DNA of 64,000 bases, from assembly GCA_039802605.1 (NCBI GenBank), contig JBDRWW010000007.1, forward strand, positions 14,350-78,349, read 5' to 3'. Source of the DNA: a candidate division WOR-3 bacterium (GTDB lineage: Bacteria; Hydrothermota; Hydrothermia; LBFQ01). The translations under genes and the position numbers were made by a program. Below, piece by piece: positions 51,130-61,509 of the stretch (position 1 is the first letter of the stretch; every line of letters starts with the position of its first letter). A model generated the notes under the pieces. It saw only the letters and a program-made list of their open reading frames with translations, did no database searches and was not told the origin of the DNA.

Positions 51130-52328
51130 AAAGGATTATAATTCTAACAATACCGATATTGGCCCTTATAATGTCCTGTAAGGTTAAGGAAAACGCTCCG
51201 AAAGCCTTCAACAAAGACGATATGCTTGGAAGGGGCTGGTCGTACTATAAAGATGGCAAGTACGATTCCGCTGCCGCGATTTTTGACAGCATAATAAACG
51301 AGATAGATCCCTCCGATATGGAGGCGCATTTGGGTCTCGGTTTATCGTATGCGGGGTTGGGTTATTACTCTTTGGCCCATAACGAGTTTTCACTCATTTA
51401 CTCCAAAGACTTACCCTCGTTCATATGGGATATAAACCTTTATGTTGATACGGCATACGAAGACACCATTGGGAATACATATAATGCAAAGGCAAACGCG
51501 GAGTTGGTCGGAAGACTCCGTGTATTTAGTACAAACCCACCGGGAATAACCAGCTTTGGTCAATGGAGGCTTGGGAAAATACTTAGGGAAAACAATGTAT
51601 TTCCTTCGGATACAGCGGAATATCTATACCTTATCACGGATATAAGCGAAATAGCAATATCCCCACCGGGGACATACACGAGGTATATTTTGGGTGATGA
51701 TATATACGGCTATACCGACGGTCTAACTTATGTTGATACATTCATAAGGGTTTCGGGAGGCCGTTTACAATTAGTGGATACCGTAGGTCCGGTACTGTTC
51801 CTGACGAGCAGGAACACGGGCTCCATTTATTATAGGGATAGTATATACCTTTACAGTTGGTTGGGGAATAACACGGGAGATTCAATAAGAATCAAGGCTA
51901 GGGTTTATAGGATACCGAGGGGTGGATTTCCCAATGCCATTGTTTGGTTGGCCATCGCCGCCGATGCATATACATATTACATAGAGGGCATTGATATGAA
52001 AAATGCCGCGGCCCTATCCCTAATAGCCTTCTGGACGAGGGATATTATACCACCATTCCCTGAAAGGCTCAAAAATCTACCCGGTTTAAGCGATGGTAAG
52101 GAGAAGAAGGGTTTGGCGGCCGTTAATGCTCAGGCAAACTTTAAGCAAGGAATGTTTGCACAAGTCATATCAATGATAAGGACATACGGAAACATAAATT
52201 TCCCAAGCGTTTGGTCGTATCGGATTAGGACTAAAACCGAGGTTGATACGGTCGCCGCTTATATGAGGAATTACAATTATGTAAGGGTTATAGAGAGGAA
52301 AATACATGAGGTTTTCTATAAAGAATAA
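51126..52328 (+). CDS. TPR-containing lipoprotein
   Basis: Lipobox LIMSC; GWSYYKDGKYDSAAAIF...EAHLGLGLSY. Confidence 0.8.
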   Translation: MKRIIILTIPILALIMSCKVKENAPKAFNKDDMLGRGWSYYKDGKYDSAAAIFDSIINEIDPSDMEAHLGLGLSYAGLGYYSLAHNEFSLIYSKDLPSFIWDINLYVDTAYEDTIGNTYNAKANAELVGRLRVFSTNPPGITSFGQWRLGKILRENNVFPSDTAEYLYLITDISEIAISPPGTYTRYILGDDIYGYTDGLTYVDTFIRVSGGRLQLVDTVGPVLFLTSRNTGSIYYRDSIYLYSWLGNNTGDSIRIKARVYRIPRGGFPNAIVWLAIAADAYTYYIEGIDMKNAAALSLIAFWTRDIIPPFPERLKNLPGLSDGKEKKGLAAVNAQANFKQGMFAQVISMIRTYGNINFPSVWSYRIRTKTEVDTVAAYMRNYNYVRVIERKIHEVFYKE

Positions 52329-52337
52329 AAAGGAGGT

Positions 52338-54056
52338 ATGAGTATGATTGGGCTTATTTTAGTAGCGGCACCCGTAGTTAGGGTGCAAAACTATGCAATA
52401 GTGGGTAGGGTATCGCCCAAAGGGGCGATATCCCAGATGAACAAGAGGATAGATGTGGGTACATACACCCCATCTCGCGGAAACGGTATAGTCCCCTTCC
52501 TCTTCACGGAGGTGTATTTGGACACCGCTCCGAACCAATATACACTTTGGGGGAACTCGCATAGGTCCCTATACAGGAACGGTGATACGATAGGTGTGGC
52601 TTTCAGGAGGGTAGAGGCCCTGGGGGGTTCTGGTCGTATAGGTGCCGCTTGGTCCTTTGATGGAGGAATGACCTGGAGTGTTCGCGGTAATATAAACTAC
52701 GATGCGGGTTTGGCCGATATGGGTGGTAGGTATCCCAACTTTGTCGGTTTCACAACTTCCGGTTTTCCGGTCGTTGCTTGGCCAGAACTCTTACCCGGTC
52801 CCGCTTGGGGTAAATCCTGTATAGCCTTCATTGATGGTAGTGGAACTCCTCGTGGAGTTTGCTCCGACCGCACGCCAAGTGGCGATTCGGTTTATCACAA
52901 CTTCGCATGGATGGTTGCTCCCGATACATTCGCCGTTGTTGGTTTTACTACGGGAGATGGTATAGTAGGATTCCTCTTTGATGTTGCAACAAATAGCATA
53001 ATTCCCGGTAGTGAGGTTAAGTTGAGGGACCCCGCTATTCTCGAGGATGTAAGTATTTATGATATTTCCCTGAAAGGTGATACACTATATGTTATGGGAA
53101 CAAATGCAGGTTTAGGCGAGGGCGATGGTGTCGTGAAGATTTTCTACGATGGTACCGGTTTGGCAACCGATCCCTTGCCCCCTTCACAGGGTGGATCAAA
53201 TGTGGTTGAAAGCCATATCTTCTGCTGCTGGGTTATTACAATCGGTTCAAACACATTCGACAACCTGGGTGATGTCGCTTATAGTTTCACCATTGACAGG
53301 TATGGGAGGGGTTGGTCGGTTTATGCCATGAAGGATACAAGCGTTGATCCCGGTTCTGGTCCCGGTCATATTATAGTTATGCACAGGTGGGATGATTCCA
53401 GGTTGGTGATATTTGCCCCATGGAACGGTGGAAATGTTGAAACCCGCAACCCCGTATATTGGCCGAGGCTTGCCGTTGATGAAACGGATTCCAACAAGTT
53501 AGCCGTGTTTTGGATACAGTATCTTGATACCTTGAACTACGGTTGTGCCACCGGTACGCATCCATTTGCAAAGTCCATTTTCTACGCGGCAACATCCGAC
53601 GGTGGTACCACTTGGGGTATAAACATTGTTACAAACCCCACGGACTTGGCCGACTTCTTCTTCCCCGCAAGGGATGCCGGTGCCGACTACACCTTCTCCG
53701 GTGGCTTAATAACCGGTGTGTATCTAACACCTAGGGATGCCACAACCGATATATACTGTAATGCCGTAGCAAACGGTGTAATCGGGTCATATTTACATGT
53801 GGTAACGGATACCATATCCTACACCTCCAACTACCCGGGTGATACTACCATAATAGTTAGTGTTAACGAGAGGACAAATGAGGTTACCAAACTCGCCGTA
53901 TTTAGGAATGGTGTATTTATTAACGGTTCGGCTGCCATATACGATGTGAAGGGTTCTCTTGTAAGGAATGTTGAAGGTTCCCAGTTCATCAGACTCAACA
54001 AGGGTGCATATTTCATCAGGGTAAACGGTCGCGTTTACAAGGTTGTAATAAGGTAA
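52338..54056 (+). CDS. Asp-box (BNR) beta-propeller protein with short T9SS-type C-terminal domain
   Basis: WSFDGGMTW and TSDGGTTW Asp-boxes; C-terminal IYDVKGSLV...KGAYFIRV...KVVIR. SD AAGGAGG. Confidence 0.75.
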   Translation: MSMIGLILVAAPVVRVQNYAIVGRVSPKGAISQMNKRIDVGTYTPSRGNGIVPFLFTEVYLDTAPNQYTLWGNSHRSLYRNGDTIGVAFRRVEALGGSGRIGAAWSFDGGMTWSVRGNINYDAGLADMGGRYPNFVGFTTSGFPVVAWPELLPGPAWGKSCIAFIDGSGTPRGVCSDRTPSGDSVYHNFAWMVAPDTFAVVGFTTGDGIVGFLFDVATNSIIPGSEVKLRDPAILEDVSIYDISLKGDTLYVMGTNAGLGEGDGVVKIFYDGTGLATDPLPPSQGGSNVVESHIFCCWVITIGSNTFDNLGDVAYSFTIDRYGRGWSVYAMKDTSVDPGSGPGHIIVMHRWDDSRLVIFAPWNGGNVETRNPVYWPRLAVDETDSNKLAVFWIQYLDTLNYGCATGTHPFAKSIFYAATSDGGTTWGINIVTNPTDLADFFFPARDAGADYTFSGGLITGVYLTPRDATTDIYCNAVANGVIGSYLHVVTDTISYTSNYPGDTTIIVSVNERTNEVTKLAVFRNGVFINGSAAIYDVKGSLVRNVEGSQFIRLNKGAYFIRVNGRVYKVVIR

Positions 54057-54074
54057 TAAAAAACTAACCTCCCT

Positions 54075-54104
54075 CCCCGCTCCCTTTGGGGGCGGGGTTT
54101 TTTT
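54075..54104 (+). terminator. Rho-independent terminator of the TonB/T9SS-cargo operon
   Basis: CCCCGCTCCC-TTT-GGGGGCGGGG hairpin followed by T7. Confidence 0.88.
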
Positions 54105-55107
54105 ATTTTTCAATAACCCCTAAGGACGGATATACGCTTATATCCTGCGAATCTTCACCAAAAATTAAAAATTTCATTATACCCGCCGCACCTATCATGG
54201 CGGCGTTATCCGTACAATATTGTGGTAAGGAGAATATAACATTATCCCCAAGTTTTTCCCTTAAAACCTCTCTCAGCCTACTGTTTAAGGCAACCCCACC
54301 CACAACGGCCAATTTGTTTATGTTAAAATCCTTTAACGCCTTTAATGTCGTGGGTACTATAGTGTTTATTATGGCCTCTTGATAGGAAGCCGCTATATGG
54401 GGCAGATTTTCCTTAACCCATTTTTCCCCTTCTTCATTTATTAGGTTCAACAATGCGGTTTTTAATCCGCTAAAACTGAAAAAATATCCCCTTTGTTTGA
54501 CTTTAACCTTTGGGAATTTATAAAAATCTTTATTCCCTTCCCTTGCCAACCTATCAATCTTTGCCCCTCCCGGATACCCAAGGCCCAACATTCTCGCCCC
54601 TTTATCAAAAGCCTCACCCGCTGCATCGTCCAATGTCCAACCTATATGCTCAAATTCGTACCAACCCTTTACTATCACCAAATCCGTATGTCCTCCGGAA
54701 ACTATTAAGCACATAAAGGGCGGTTTTATATCCGATGATAGGTAGGCGGAATAAATATGACCTATCATGTGGTTTACGCCAATGAATGGTTTTTTTTCAA
54801 CCAAGGCCAATGTTTTTGAGAATTCCAAGCCCACTATTAACGATGCCGCCAAACCCGGCCCCTTAGTTGCGGAAAATACATCCATATCTTTTAGCGACAA
54901 ACCGGAATCTATAAGGGATTTTTTAACAACCCGGTATATATACTCAATATGTGCCCTTGCGGCTATTTCCGGAACGACACCCCCAAACCTTTCGTGTTCA
55001 ACCTGAGACCTTACAACCAAAGATAAAACTTTAAACTTTCCATCTCTGTATTCCACTACGGATGCGGATGTTTCATCGCAGGATGTTTCAATTGCCAAGG
55101 TTCTCAT
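54103..55107 (-). CDS. tsaD: tRNA N6-adenosine threonylcarbamoyltransferase TsaD
   Basis: [51 protein letters not shown]. Confidence 0.96.
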   Translation of the reverse strand: MRTLAIETSCDETSASVVEYRDGKFKVLSLVVRSQVEHERFGGVVPEIAARAHIEYIYRVVKKSLIDSGLSLKDMDVFSATKGPGLAASLIVGLEFSKTLALVEKKPFIGVNHMIGHIYSAYLSSDIKPPFMCLIVSGGHTDLVIVKGWYEFEHIGWTLDDAAGEAFDKGARMLGLGYPGGAKIDRLAREGNKDFYKFPKVKVKQRGYFFSFSGLKTALLNLINEEGEKWVKENLPHIAASYQEAIINTIVPTTLKALKDFNINKLAVVGGVALNSRLREVLREKLGDNVIFSLPQYCTDNAAMIGAAGIMKFLIFGEDSQDISVYPSLGVIEK

Positions 55108-55675
55108 GTTTTTCAAGTTTATATTCCATCTTTGCCTTTAAGGGTATTGTTCCATGCGCCGTTATTACAACCGTACCTTCAAACCCGTTTAAAATTGCGG
55201 TTAAAGACTCTTTTGAGGCTTCATCAAGTGGGGAAAAGGGTTCATCCAACAGTAAAACCTTGGGTTTCCTTGAAAGTTCTATACAAACCGATAGTTTGAC
55301 CCTCTCCCCCCTTGAATATGTTCTAACCGGTCTGTTTAAAACTTTATCTATATTCATCAAATCAGCTAAGTCTTTATCAAACTCGCCGAAAAATCGCCAA
55401 TTTTCATATCCCGTTAGGTCTTCCAGGAGAAATGTTTTATGACCCACAAATCCTATAAACTTTTTAACCCCATCGTCTTTAAAGGGATCCTTACCCAAAA
55501 CCCTAACCTCACCTTTGGATGGTTTTATTATACCCGCTATTATGCCCAAAAGGGTTGATTTACCAGACCCATTAGGCCCCCTTACTATATAAACTCCTTC
55601 ATCAAAAACCAAACTTTCAACATATAACGCCAAGTTTTTACCGTAAAATTTACTCAGGTTTTTTAAAACTACGAT
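55088..55675 (-). CDS. ABC transporter ATP-binding protein (CcmA-like); start uncertain
   Basis: [20 protein letters not shown]. The frame stays open upstream of TTG 55633 as [13 protein letters not shown], so the start may be a non-AUG codon. Confidence 0.75.
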   Translation of the reverse strand: MVVLKNLSKFYGKNLALYVESLVFDEGVYIVRGPNGSGKSTLLGIIAGIIKPSKGEVRVLGKDPFKDDGVKKFIGFVGHKTFLLEDLTGYENWRFFGEFDKDLADLMNIDKVLNRPVRTYSRGERVKLSVCIELSRKPKVLLLDEPFSPLDEASKESLTAILNGFEGTVVITAHGTIPLKAKMEYKLEKHENLGN

Positions 55676-57048
55676 TTCGGGAGGTATTTTTCAATAAACT
55701 CCCTCTTTATCCTCGTCAATTCGCTTGTTGGAAACATGGCCAAGAGCTTCCAACCTATTTCAAGAGTCTCTTCAATACTTCTCGCCTTATCACCCTGATT
55801 AAGCATCTCTTTTTCAAACCTCTCTGCAAACCTCAGATAAATCCTATCTATTTCGCTAACCGCGTCCTCACCCACTATCGAAACCAACCTCCTAATCTCC
55901 TTGCCCCTAGCATAGGCCGCAAACAACTGGTCTGCCCAGTTCCTGTGGTCTTCCCTTGTTTTACCCGGCCCTATACCCAAGTTCATAAGCCTTGATAGAC
56001 TCGGCAAAGGATCTATGGGTGGGAATATACCCGCCGCGTGTAGTTCCCTTGACAGAACTATTTGTCCTTCCGTTATGTACCCGGTAAGGTCGGGTATTGG
56101 GTGTGTTATATCGTCATCCGGCATTGTTAATATGGGTATCTGCGTAACCGAACCCTTCCTACCCTTTATCCTTCCGGCCCTCTCGTATATGGTTGCCAAG
56201 TCCGTGTACATATACCCCGGATAACCCCTTCTACCCGGAACCTCTTCCCTTGCCGCACCTATCTCCCTCAAAGCCTCGGCGTAGTTTGTCATATCGGTCA
56301 GTATAACCAGGACATGGTAATCCAATTCAAAGGCGAAGTATTCGGCGACGGTTAATGCAAACCTCGGTGTTAAAATCCTTTCTATTGTTGGGTCATCGGC
56401 GAGGTTTATAAACGCTATCAACCGGTTTGATGCCCCCATTTCCTCAAACTGTTGCTGGAAGTATGCATACTCCCTCTGGGTTATACCCATTGCGGCGAAA
56501 ACTATTAGGAACTGCTCCCCCTCTCCCCTTACCTGGGCGTTTTTCATTATAAAGGCCGCTATTTCATTTGCGGGCAACCCCGCGCCGGAAAATATGGGCA
56601 ATTTCTGACCCCTAACAAGGGTGTTAAAGCCATCAATTGAAGAAATACCCGTTTGTATGAAGTCGGAGGGTTTGTCCCTTGAAACGGGGTTTATAGCCGC
56701 TCCCACTATCGGTAACCTCTTTTCCGGAACTATTGGGGGCAAACCGTCTATGGGTTCACCCCTACCGTTAAACACCCTACCTATAAGGTCCTTTGAAACC
56801 CCTATCCTTACGACATTATCAACCAACCTGATCCTTATATTCGTTTTATCCAAACCCAAGGTGCCTTCAAGAACCTGTATAACCGCCATATCCTCGGAAA
56901 CCTCTAAGACCTGCCCGCTCCTTTTAGAACCGTCGGGTAGCTCTATTTCAACAAGGCTTGCATAGGGGAGTTCCTTTGCCTTTTCAACTATTATAAGCGG
57001 ACCCGAAATATACTTTGCTCCCAAATATTCCTTTGTCGCAAGTTCCAT
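55669..57048 (-). CDS. atpB: V/A-type ATP synthase subunit B
   Basis: [53 protein letters not shown]. Confidence 0.96.
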   Translation of the reverse strand: MELATKEYLGAKYISGPLIIVEKAKELPYASLVEIELPDGSKRSGQVLEVSEDMAVIQVLEGTLGLDKTNIRIRLVDNVVRIGVSKDLIGRVFNGRGEPIDGLPPIVPEKRLPIVGAAINPVSRDKPSDFIQTGISSIDGFNTLVRGQKLPIFSGAGLPANEIAAFIMKNAQVRGEGEQFLIVFAAMGITQREYAYFQQQFEEMGASNRLIAFINLADDPTIERILTPRFALTVAEYFAFELDYHVLVILTDMTNYAEALREIGAAREEVPGRRGYPGYMYTDLATIYERAGRIKGRKGSVTQIPILTMPDDDITHPIPDLTGYITEGQIVLSRELHAAGIFPPIDPLPSLSRLMNLGIGPGKTREDHRNWADQLFAAYARGKEIRRLVSIVGEDAVSEIDRIYLRFAERFEKEMLNQGDKARSIEETLEIGWKLLAMFPTSELTRIKREFIEKYLPKS

Positions 57049-57079
57049 AAGCGTGTATTATACTGGTGTAATGTTTTTG

Positions 57080-57931
57080 TTATCCCTTTGAAAGGATAAA
57101 CCCAACAAAGAATAATAACAATAGGAGGTTTGAAAGGGCAAATAATCTACCCAAGGATACATCCCTTTTAAGGGAAATTATGTGTAAGGCCACAAAGACT
57201 ATACTTGCGGGTAATGTAATCAAAAGGAAAATCGGTTTAACATAACCGAAAATAACCGGTAGGATGACCAAAGGCACGATTGACATGGAATACAAAAGGG
57301 ATTGCAATTTTGTAAATCTGTCCCCGTATATTAAAGGCATAACGGGTAATTTCCCCTTGGAGTAATCTTCTTTGTACTTTATTGCTAATGCCCAAAAATG
57401 AGGGGGTTGCCAAAGAAACATAAACGAAAAGAGTATTAGGGATAAAAGGTCAAACCTGCCGGCCGTGGAATAATATCCTATTAGTGTGGGCAACGCTCCG
57501 GGTATTCCCCCCAATATCACGCCAAAAGGGTCTTTCCTTTTTAATATAAGGGTGTATAGTATATCATAAGATATAACCGCCAAGGCATCCAAAACCGCCG
57601 GAACAATTCCCCCAAATATCAGAACCAGGGTTATACCTAAGAAAATCATAAAAACAGCGACACCCATACCCTCAACCACATCTATTTCCCCCGTGGCTGT
57701 AGGTCTTTTTGATGTCCTACTCATCATCCTATCTATTTCCCTATCCAGAATATTGTTTATTAATGCGGAGCCCGCGGCGGATAACATTACTCCAAGGGAA
57801 ACTAGAAGGATTTTTATTATATCCTTAAAGGGATTGGGGCTTCCAAGGTATGCCGATGCACAGGCGACTATTCCGACGAAATAAACTATACCGGGTTTTG
57901 AGGATATGTAAAACTTTTTAATTTTCTCCAT
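57080..57931 (-). CDS. cyoE: Protoheme IX farnesyltransferase (heme O synthase)
   Basis: NNILDREIDRMMSRTSKRP, YTLILKR, WQPPHFWAL, DYSKGKLPVMP. Confidence 0.93.
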   Translation of the reverse strand: MEKIKKFYISSKPGIVYFVGIVACASAYLGSPNPFKDIIKILLVSLGVMLSAAGSALINNILDREIDRMMSRTSKRPTATGEIDVVEGMGVAVFMIFLGITLVLIFGGIVPAVLDALAVISYDILYTLILKRKDPFGVILGGIPGALPTLIGYYSTAGRFDLLSLILFSFMFLWQPPHFWALAIKYKEDYSKGKLPVMPLIYGDRFTKLQSLLYSMSIVPLVILPVIFGYVKPIFLLITLPASIVFVALHIISLKRDVSLGRLFALSNLLLLLFFVGFILSKG

Positions 57932-58604
57932 ATCTCAAAATTTTTAACACATATATAAAGTTGCCAAACCTTTCCCTTCTGAACAAAATCAGGGTATCCC
58001 CTTTGGTTGTAAAATTATCTGCGGTTATGATTTTGGTTGCTCCCATCTTATCGGCAACCCACAACCAATTATCACCATCCAACACGAAAAACCATCTGTC
58101 AAACTTTTCAAATCTGATAGCGCTTGTGTTTATGCGTAAATTTAAAAGTGTTCTGACCTTCCCATTATAAAAAAACTTTATTGCATAATCGCTTAGAAGG
58201 TATAGGGTATCGCCTGACCAAAGGGCGTCCGCAAACCATCCACTAACAACCGCCCTTGGGGCCGAGGATGGGGGTATATAAACTATACGGTTCTCGGTTG
58301 TGATATAAACCCCTTTTTGATAACACCTTAATGTTTTTACACTCTCGGGAAATTTTAGGTTTGTGATTTCTTCACCGTTATCGCCAAATATCCGGATTTT
58401 ATAAGGTGTTAATGCCCATACGCCGGCTTTTGATTTACACAGGGACATTACGGGATTGTTTATTTTTACAAATTCGTTATTATTAACCATTATCACCCCC
58501 TCAGCGGTTCCAATGTAAGCATTGCCGTTATCAAAATACAACGATAAAGGGTTTAAAGTGTCTGGCAAGTATATGCTAAATATAGGTAGAAATCCAAAAG
58601 GCAT
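57918..58604 (-). CDS. Hypothetical beta-propeller-like protein
   Basis: Repeating four-strand blades (YIGTAEGV, VWALT, VYITTEN, LYLLS). Tightly coupled to its neighbours. Confidence 0.6.
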   Translation of the reverse strand: MPFGFLPIFSIYLPDTLNPLSLYFDNGNAYIGTAEGVIMVNNNEFVKINNPVMSLCKSKAGVWALTPYKIRIFGDNGEEITNLKFPESVKTLRCYQKGVYITTENRIVYIPPSSAPRAVVSGWFADALWSGDTLYLLSDYAIKFFYNGKVRTLLNLRINTSAIRFEKFDRWFFVLDGDNWLWVADKMGATKIITADNFTTKGDTLILFRRERFGNFIYVLKILRYGEN

Positions 58605-59177
58605 CTAAACCTTTGTTAGTAAATGGCCTAGTTTTAATTTTTTTGTGCGTAAATACCTTTCATTATATGGATTCGGTTCGATTTCAATGGGTATCCTCTC
58701 CACAACCTCTATTCCAAACTCGTCCAAATCCTTCAATTTATTGGGATTGTTTGTCATAAGTTTCACCCTTTTGATTCCGAGAAGTTTCAATATCTTTGCC
58801 GCGGTTTCATACCTGCGAATATCACCTTCAAAACCCAACTGGTGGTTTGCCTGAACCGTATCGTATCCCAAATCCTGCAAAGAGTAAGCATTTATCTTGT
58901 TAAAAAGCCCTATACCCCTCCCCTCTTGCCTGAGGTATATTAAAATACCACCCTCGCTTGCTATTTTTTCCAGAGCCATTTCCAACTGAAAACCGCAATC
59001 GCACCTAAGGGAACCCAAAACATCCCCTGTGAAACATTCTGAGTGTATCCTTACGAGGACGGGTTCGTTTAAAGGTTCCTTGATTACAACCACATGCTCT
59101 TTTGAACCCTCTTTAAAAACCATCATTTCAAAATTCCCATATATGGTTGGTAGCTTCGCCTTTTTGGAAATTTCCAT
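58605..59177 (-). CDS. ribA: GTP cyclohydrolase II
   Basis: VRIHSECFTGD...RCDC, QEGRGIG, TNNP. Confidence 0.96.
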   Translation of the reverse strand: MEISKKAKLPTIYGNFEMMVFKEGSKEHVVVIKEPLNEPVLVRIHSECFTGDVLGSLRCDCGFQLEMALEKIASEGGILIYLRQEGRGIGLFNKINAYSLQDLGYDTVQANHQLGFEGDIRRYETAAKILKLLGIKRVKLMTNNPNKLKDLDEFGIEVVERIPIEIEPNPYNERYLRTKKLKLGHLLTKV

Positions 59178-59713
59178 TATTTAAATATCATTCCGGTTTC
59201 CCTTTGCACCTTCCTTGCGAGTTGTAAAATTCCGTATATCAAGCTTTCGGGCCTTGGCGGGCACCCCGGCACATAAACATCCACGGGCACTATTTGATCA
59301 ACACCCTGTAAAACCGCATAGTTGTGATACTTTCCCCCACTGTTGGCGCATGTTCCCATTGATATAACCCACTTGGGTTCCGGCATTTGGTCGTATATCT
59401 GCCTTAAAACGGGGGCCATTTTAACCGTAACCGTTCCCGCAACTATCATTAAATCCGCCTGCCTAGGTGAGGCCCTAAAAACCTCATACCCAAACCTCGC
59501 CAAATCGTACCTCGGCATGTTGGCGGCCATCATTTCTATTGCGCAACACGCCAAGCCAAAAGCCGCAGGCCATATGGAATGACTCCTACCCCAATTAACC
59601 GCCCAAGCAAAGGCCTTTTCAAGGGTTGTTAAAAGCAAAGCCCTCTCCAACTGCGCCCTTATTATTTTCTCCTCTTCGGGTTGCAGTTTTACATCAAAAT
59701 AAACCTTTTGCAT
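59177..59713 (-). CDS. nuoB: NADH-quinone oxidoreductase subunit B
   Basis: [38 protein letters not shown]. Confidence 0.95.
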   Translation of the reverse strand: MQKVYFDVKLQPEEEKIIRAQLERALLLTTLEKAFAWAVNWGRSHSIWPAAFGLACCAIEMMAANMPRYDLARFGYEVFRASPRQADLMIVAGTVTVKMAPVLRQIYDQMPEPKWVISMGTCANSGGKYHNYAVLQGVDQIVPVDVYVPGCPPRPESLIYGILQLARKVQRETGMIFK

Positions 59714-59754
59714 ATACGGGTATTTTAAGTCCGATTGATTTGTTAAGTTTTAGA

Positions 59755-60564
59755 TTAGAACTTAACCCACCTTAGGCCTGGAACCTTGTTTTGCACATAT
59801 ATTTCCAGGTCTGCCCTGTATGGACCGATACCGGTAAGGCTTGTCACCATTATAACACCGAAGTAATCGTTGTTATCCATACTACCATATCCTGTGGTCG
59901 TGTTATCCGCCCAGAAGAAGTGATAGGCTCCGTTGTTAGTACCTCTAACCGTATTGTAATTCCCCGTCCCCGGAGCGAGGTATCCGCTGCTTGAAGGCGT
60001 GAAAGCCATTTCCATTTTTGCGGAACCAACAGAAGTGGCAGAAGCATCCCTAAATTCCGGATTACCGGCGTTGTTGTAGAATACAAACCAACCGGTATTT
60101 GGAGCGTTGGGATCTACGCTACTTAGCCGGGTTGAACTTATATATCACCCGTTGAAAAGTCTATCTTTACCCAAGAATTACCCGTACCGTCAAATGGTAT
60201 TAGAGAGGGGGGTTAGGTCGATATATGTTTTCCTTTCATCCGAACCCCTAAAAGCAGAAACCTCTACGATTCTACATACATTATCGGCACCCACTATGGT
60301 ATATGTGGTATTCGTACCGCTCCATATCTGGTTGCCGTCGCAATACACCTTATAGCCCTCAGCGTTTTCGACGCTCCTCCATACTATTTGGAGATCGGCC
60401 CCGCTATTGATAGCCGTCTTACTAACTATCTCGGGATTTCCGCCGAGGGTGAGGGTATCCCTTCCTCCACCGGTATCCGGTCCAGAACCCGCATCCTTCC
60501 TACAACCCGAAAACCAATAAACCGCCAAAATCAAAAAAAGCGGGATATAAAGTATCCCCTTCGT
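59755..60564 (-). pseudogene. Degraded lipoprotein gene (ACG at the start position, about 2 frameshifts)
   Basis: ACG at 60564 lies 8 nt after TAGAAT and opens KGILYIPLFLILAVYWFSGC (lipobox). The frame stops at 60190, resumes as FDGTGNSWVKIDFSTGDI*, then as SSVDPNAPNTGWFVFYNN...GLRWVKF*. Confidence 0.65.
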
Positions 60565-60625
60565 ATCCTTGAATTCTAAGGTTGAAAAACAAAAATTATG
60601 CGTACATCAATAAAAGAATACCAAC

Positions 60626-60649
60626 AAAAAAAAGGGGGCAAAAGCCCCC
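60626..60649 (-). terminator. Rho-independent terminator downstream of 60673..61479
   Basis: Minus strand GGGGGC-TTTT-GCCCCC followed by T8. Confidence 0.82.
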
Positions 60650-60672
60650 CACATACAACTGCGAATTGGATG

Positions 60673-61479
60673 TTATCTTACTATATACGGGAAGCCCCAG
60701 GCTTCAAACAGGTATTCCGATGATGAGGTGTCAAAGGAAGGTATGGTTATTAAGTCCGCGATAGCGTTGTATCTGCCAGGCCTCGTGGTTATTGCATATG
60801 TCCTGTTCATATACCCGGCGGTATCAACAATCATGGCATCCCTGTGATGGGAATTGTTCCAATGGTGTATATATCCATAAGCGGAATTTAGAGGCCTTGC
60901 AAAAACCCTAACTTCAACATTCTCGCCGGCATTGTAGAATATTTGCGAGGTATCAAGAAACTCGTTCAAAGGATCCTTAAAAACTTTCCTTCCGGATGAG
61001 GAACTTATAACGACAACGGAATCTATGGTAAAAGGCACGCTAGCGCTTACGGGTGAAAACTTAACACCGCTAATCTTCACGAGTCTCCACCTTCTGGCTA
61101 TTTTCTTAAATATTGCGTTCCTTTCCGCCTTGTCCTCTAAGGGTTTTGAAACATATATTAGACTGTCGCCGTACGGGTCATAACCCGTAATTATTCTAAA
61201 TTGACCCTTAAATGTCCATATTGCATGTACAAAGGCAGAATCTCCAACTACGGTTATGTTGTATGTTTTTATGATTGAATCCGGCCAGATATGCCTATAC
61301 CAGTTTTGAGGACCCATGGTTTTTGTGGATGCGGTATCGGGATTACCCCCGTATACTAAGGCTAAGTTAAACAGACCATCCGTCTCCAAGATGGCCCTTA
61401 TCTCGTCCTCATCCGTGGTGGCTTTTTTACATCCGGCCACCAAACCGGAGGCTATGAGTAGAACTATAAACCTTTTCAT
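60673..61479 (-). CDS. Hypothetical lipoprotein
   Basis: MKRFIVLLIASGLVAGC lipobox; beta-rich; GYIHHWNNSHHRD. Confidence 0.75.
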   Translation of the reverse strand: MKRFIVLLIASGLVAGCKKATTDEDEIRAILETDGLFNLALVYGGNPDTASTKTMGPQNWYRHIWPDSIIKTYNITVVGDSAFVHAIWTFKGQFRIITGYDPYGDSLIYVSKPLEDKAERNAIFKKIARRWRLVKISGVKFSPVSASVPFTIDSVVVISSSSGRKVFKDPLNEFLDTSQIFYNAGENVEVRVFARPLNSAYGYIHHWNNSHHRDAMIVDTAGYMNRTYAITTRPGRYNAIADLITIPSFDTSSSEYLFEAWGFPYIVR

Positions 61480-61509
61480 ATCCAATATATTAGATTCCGG
61501 GATGTTCCT

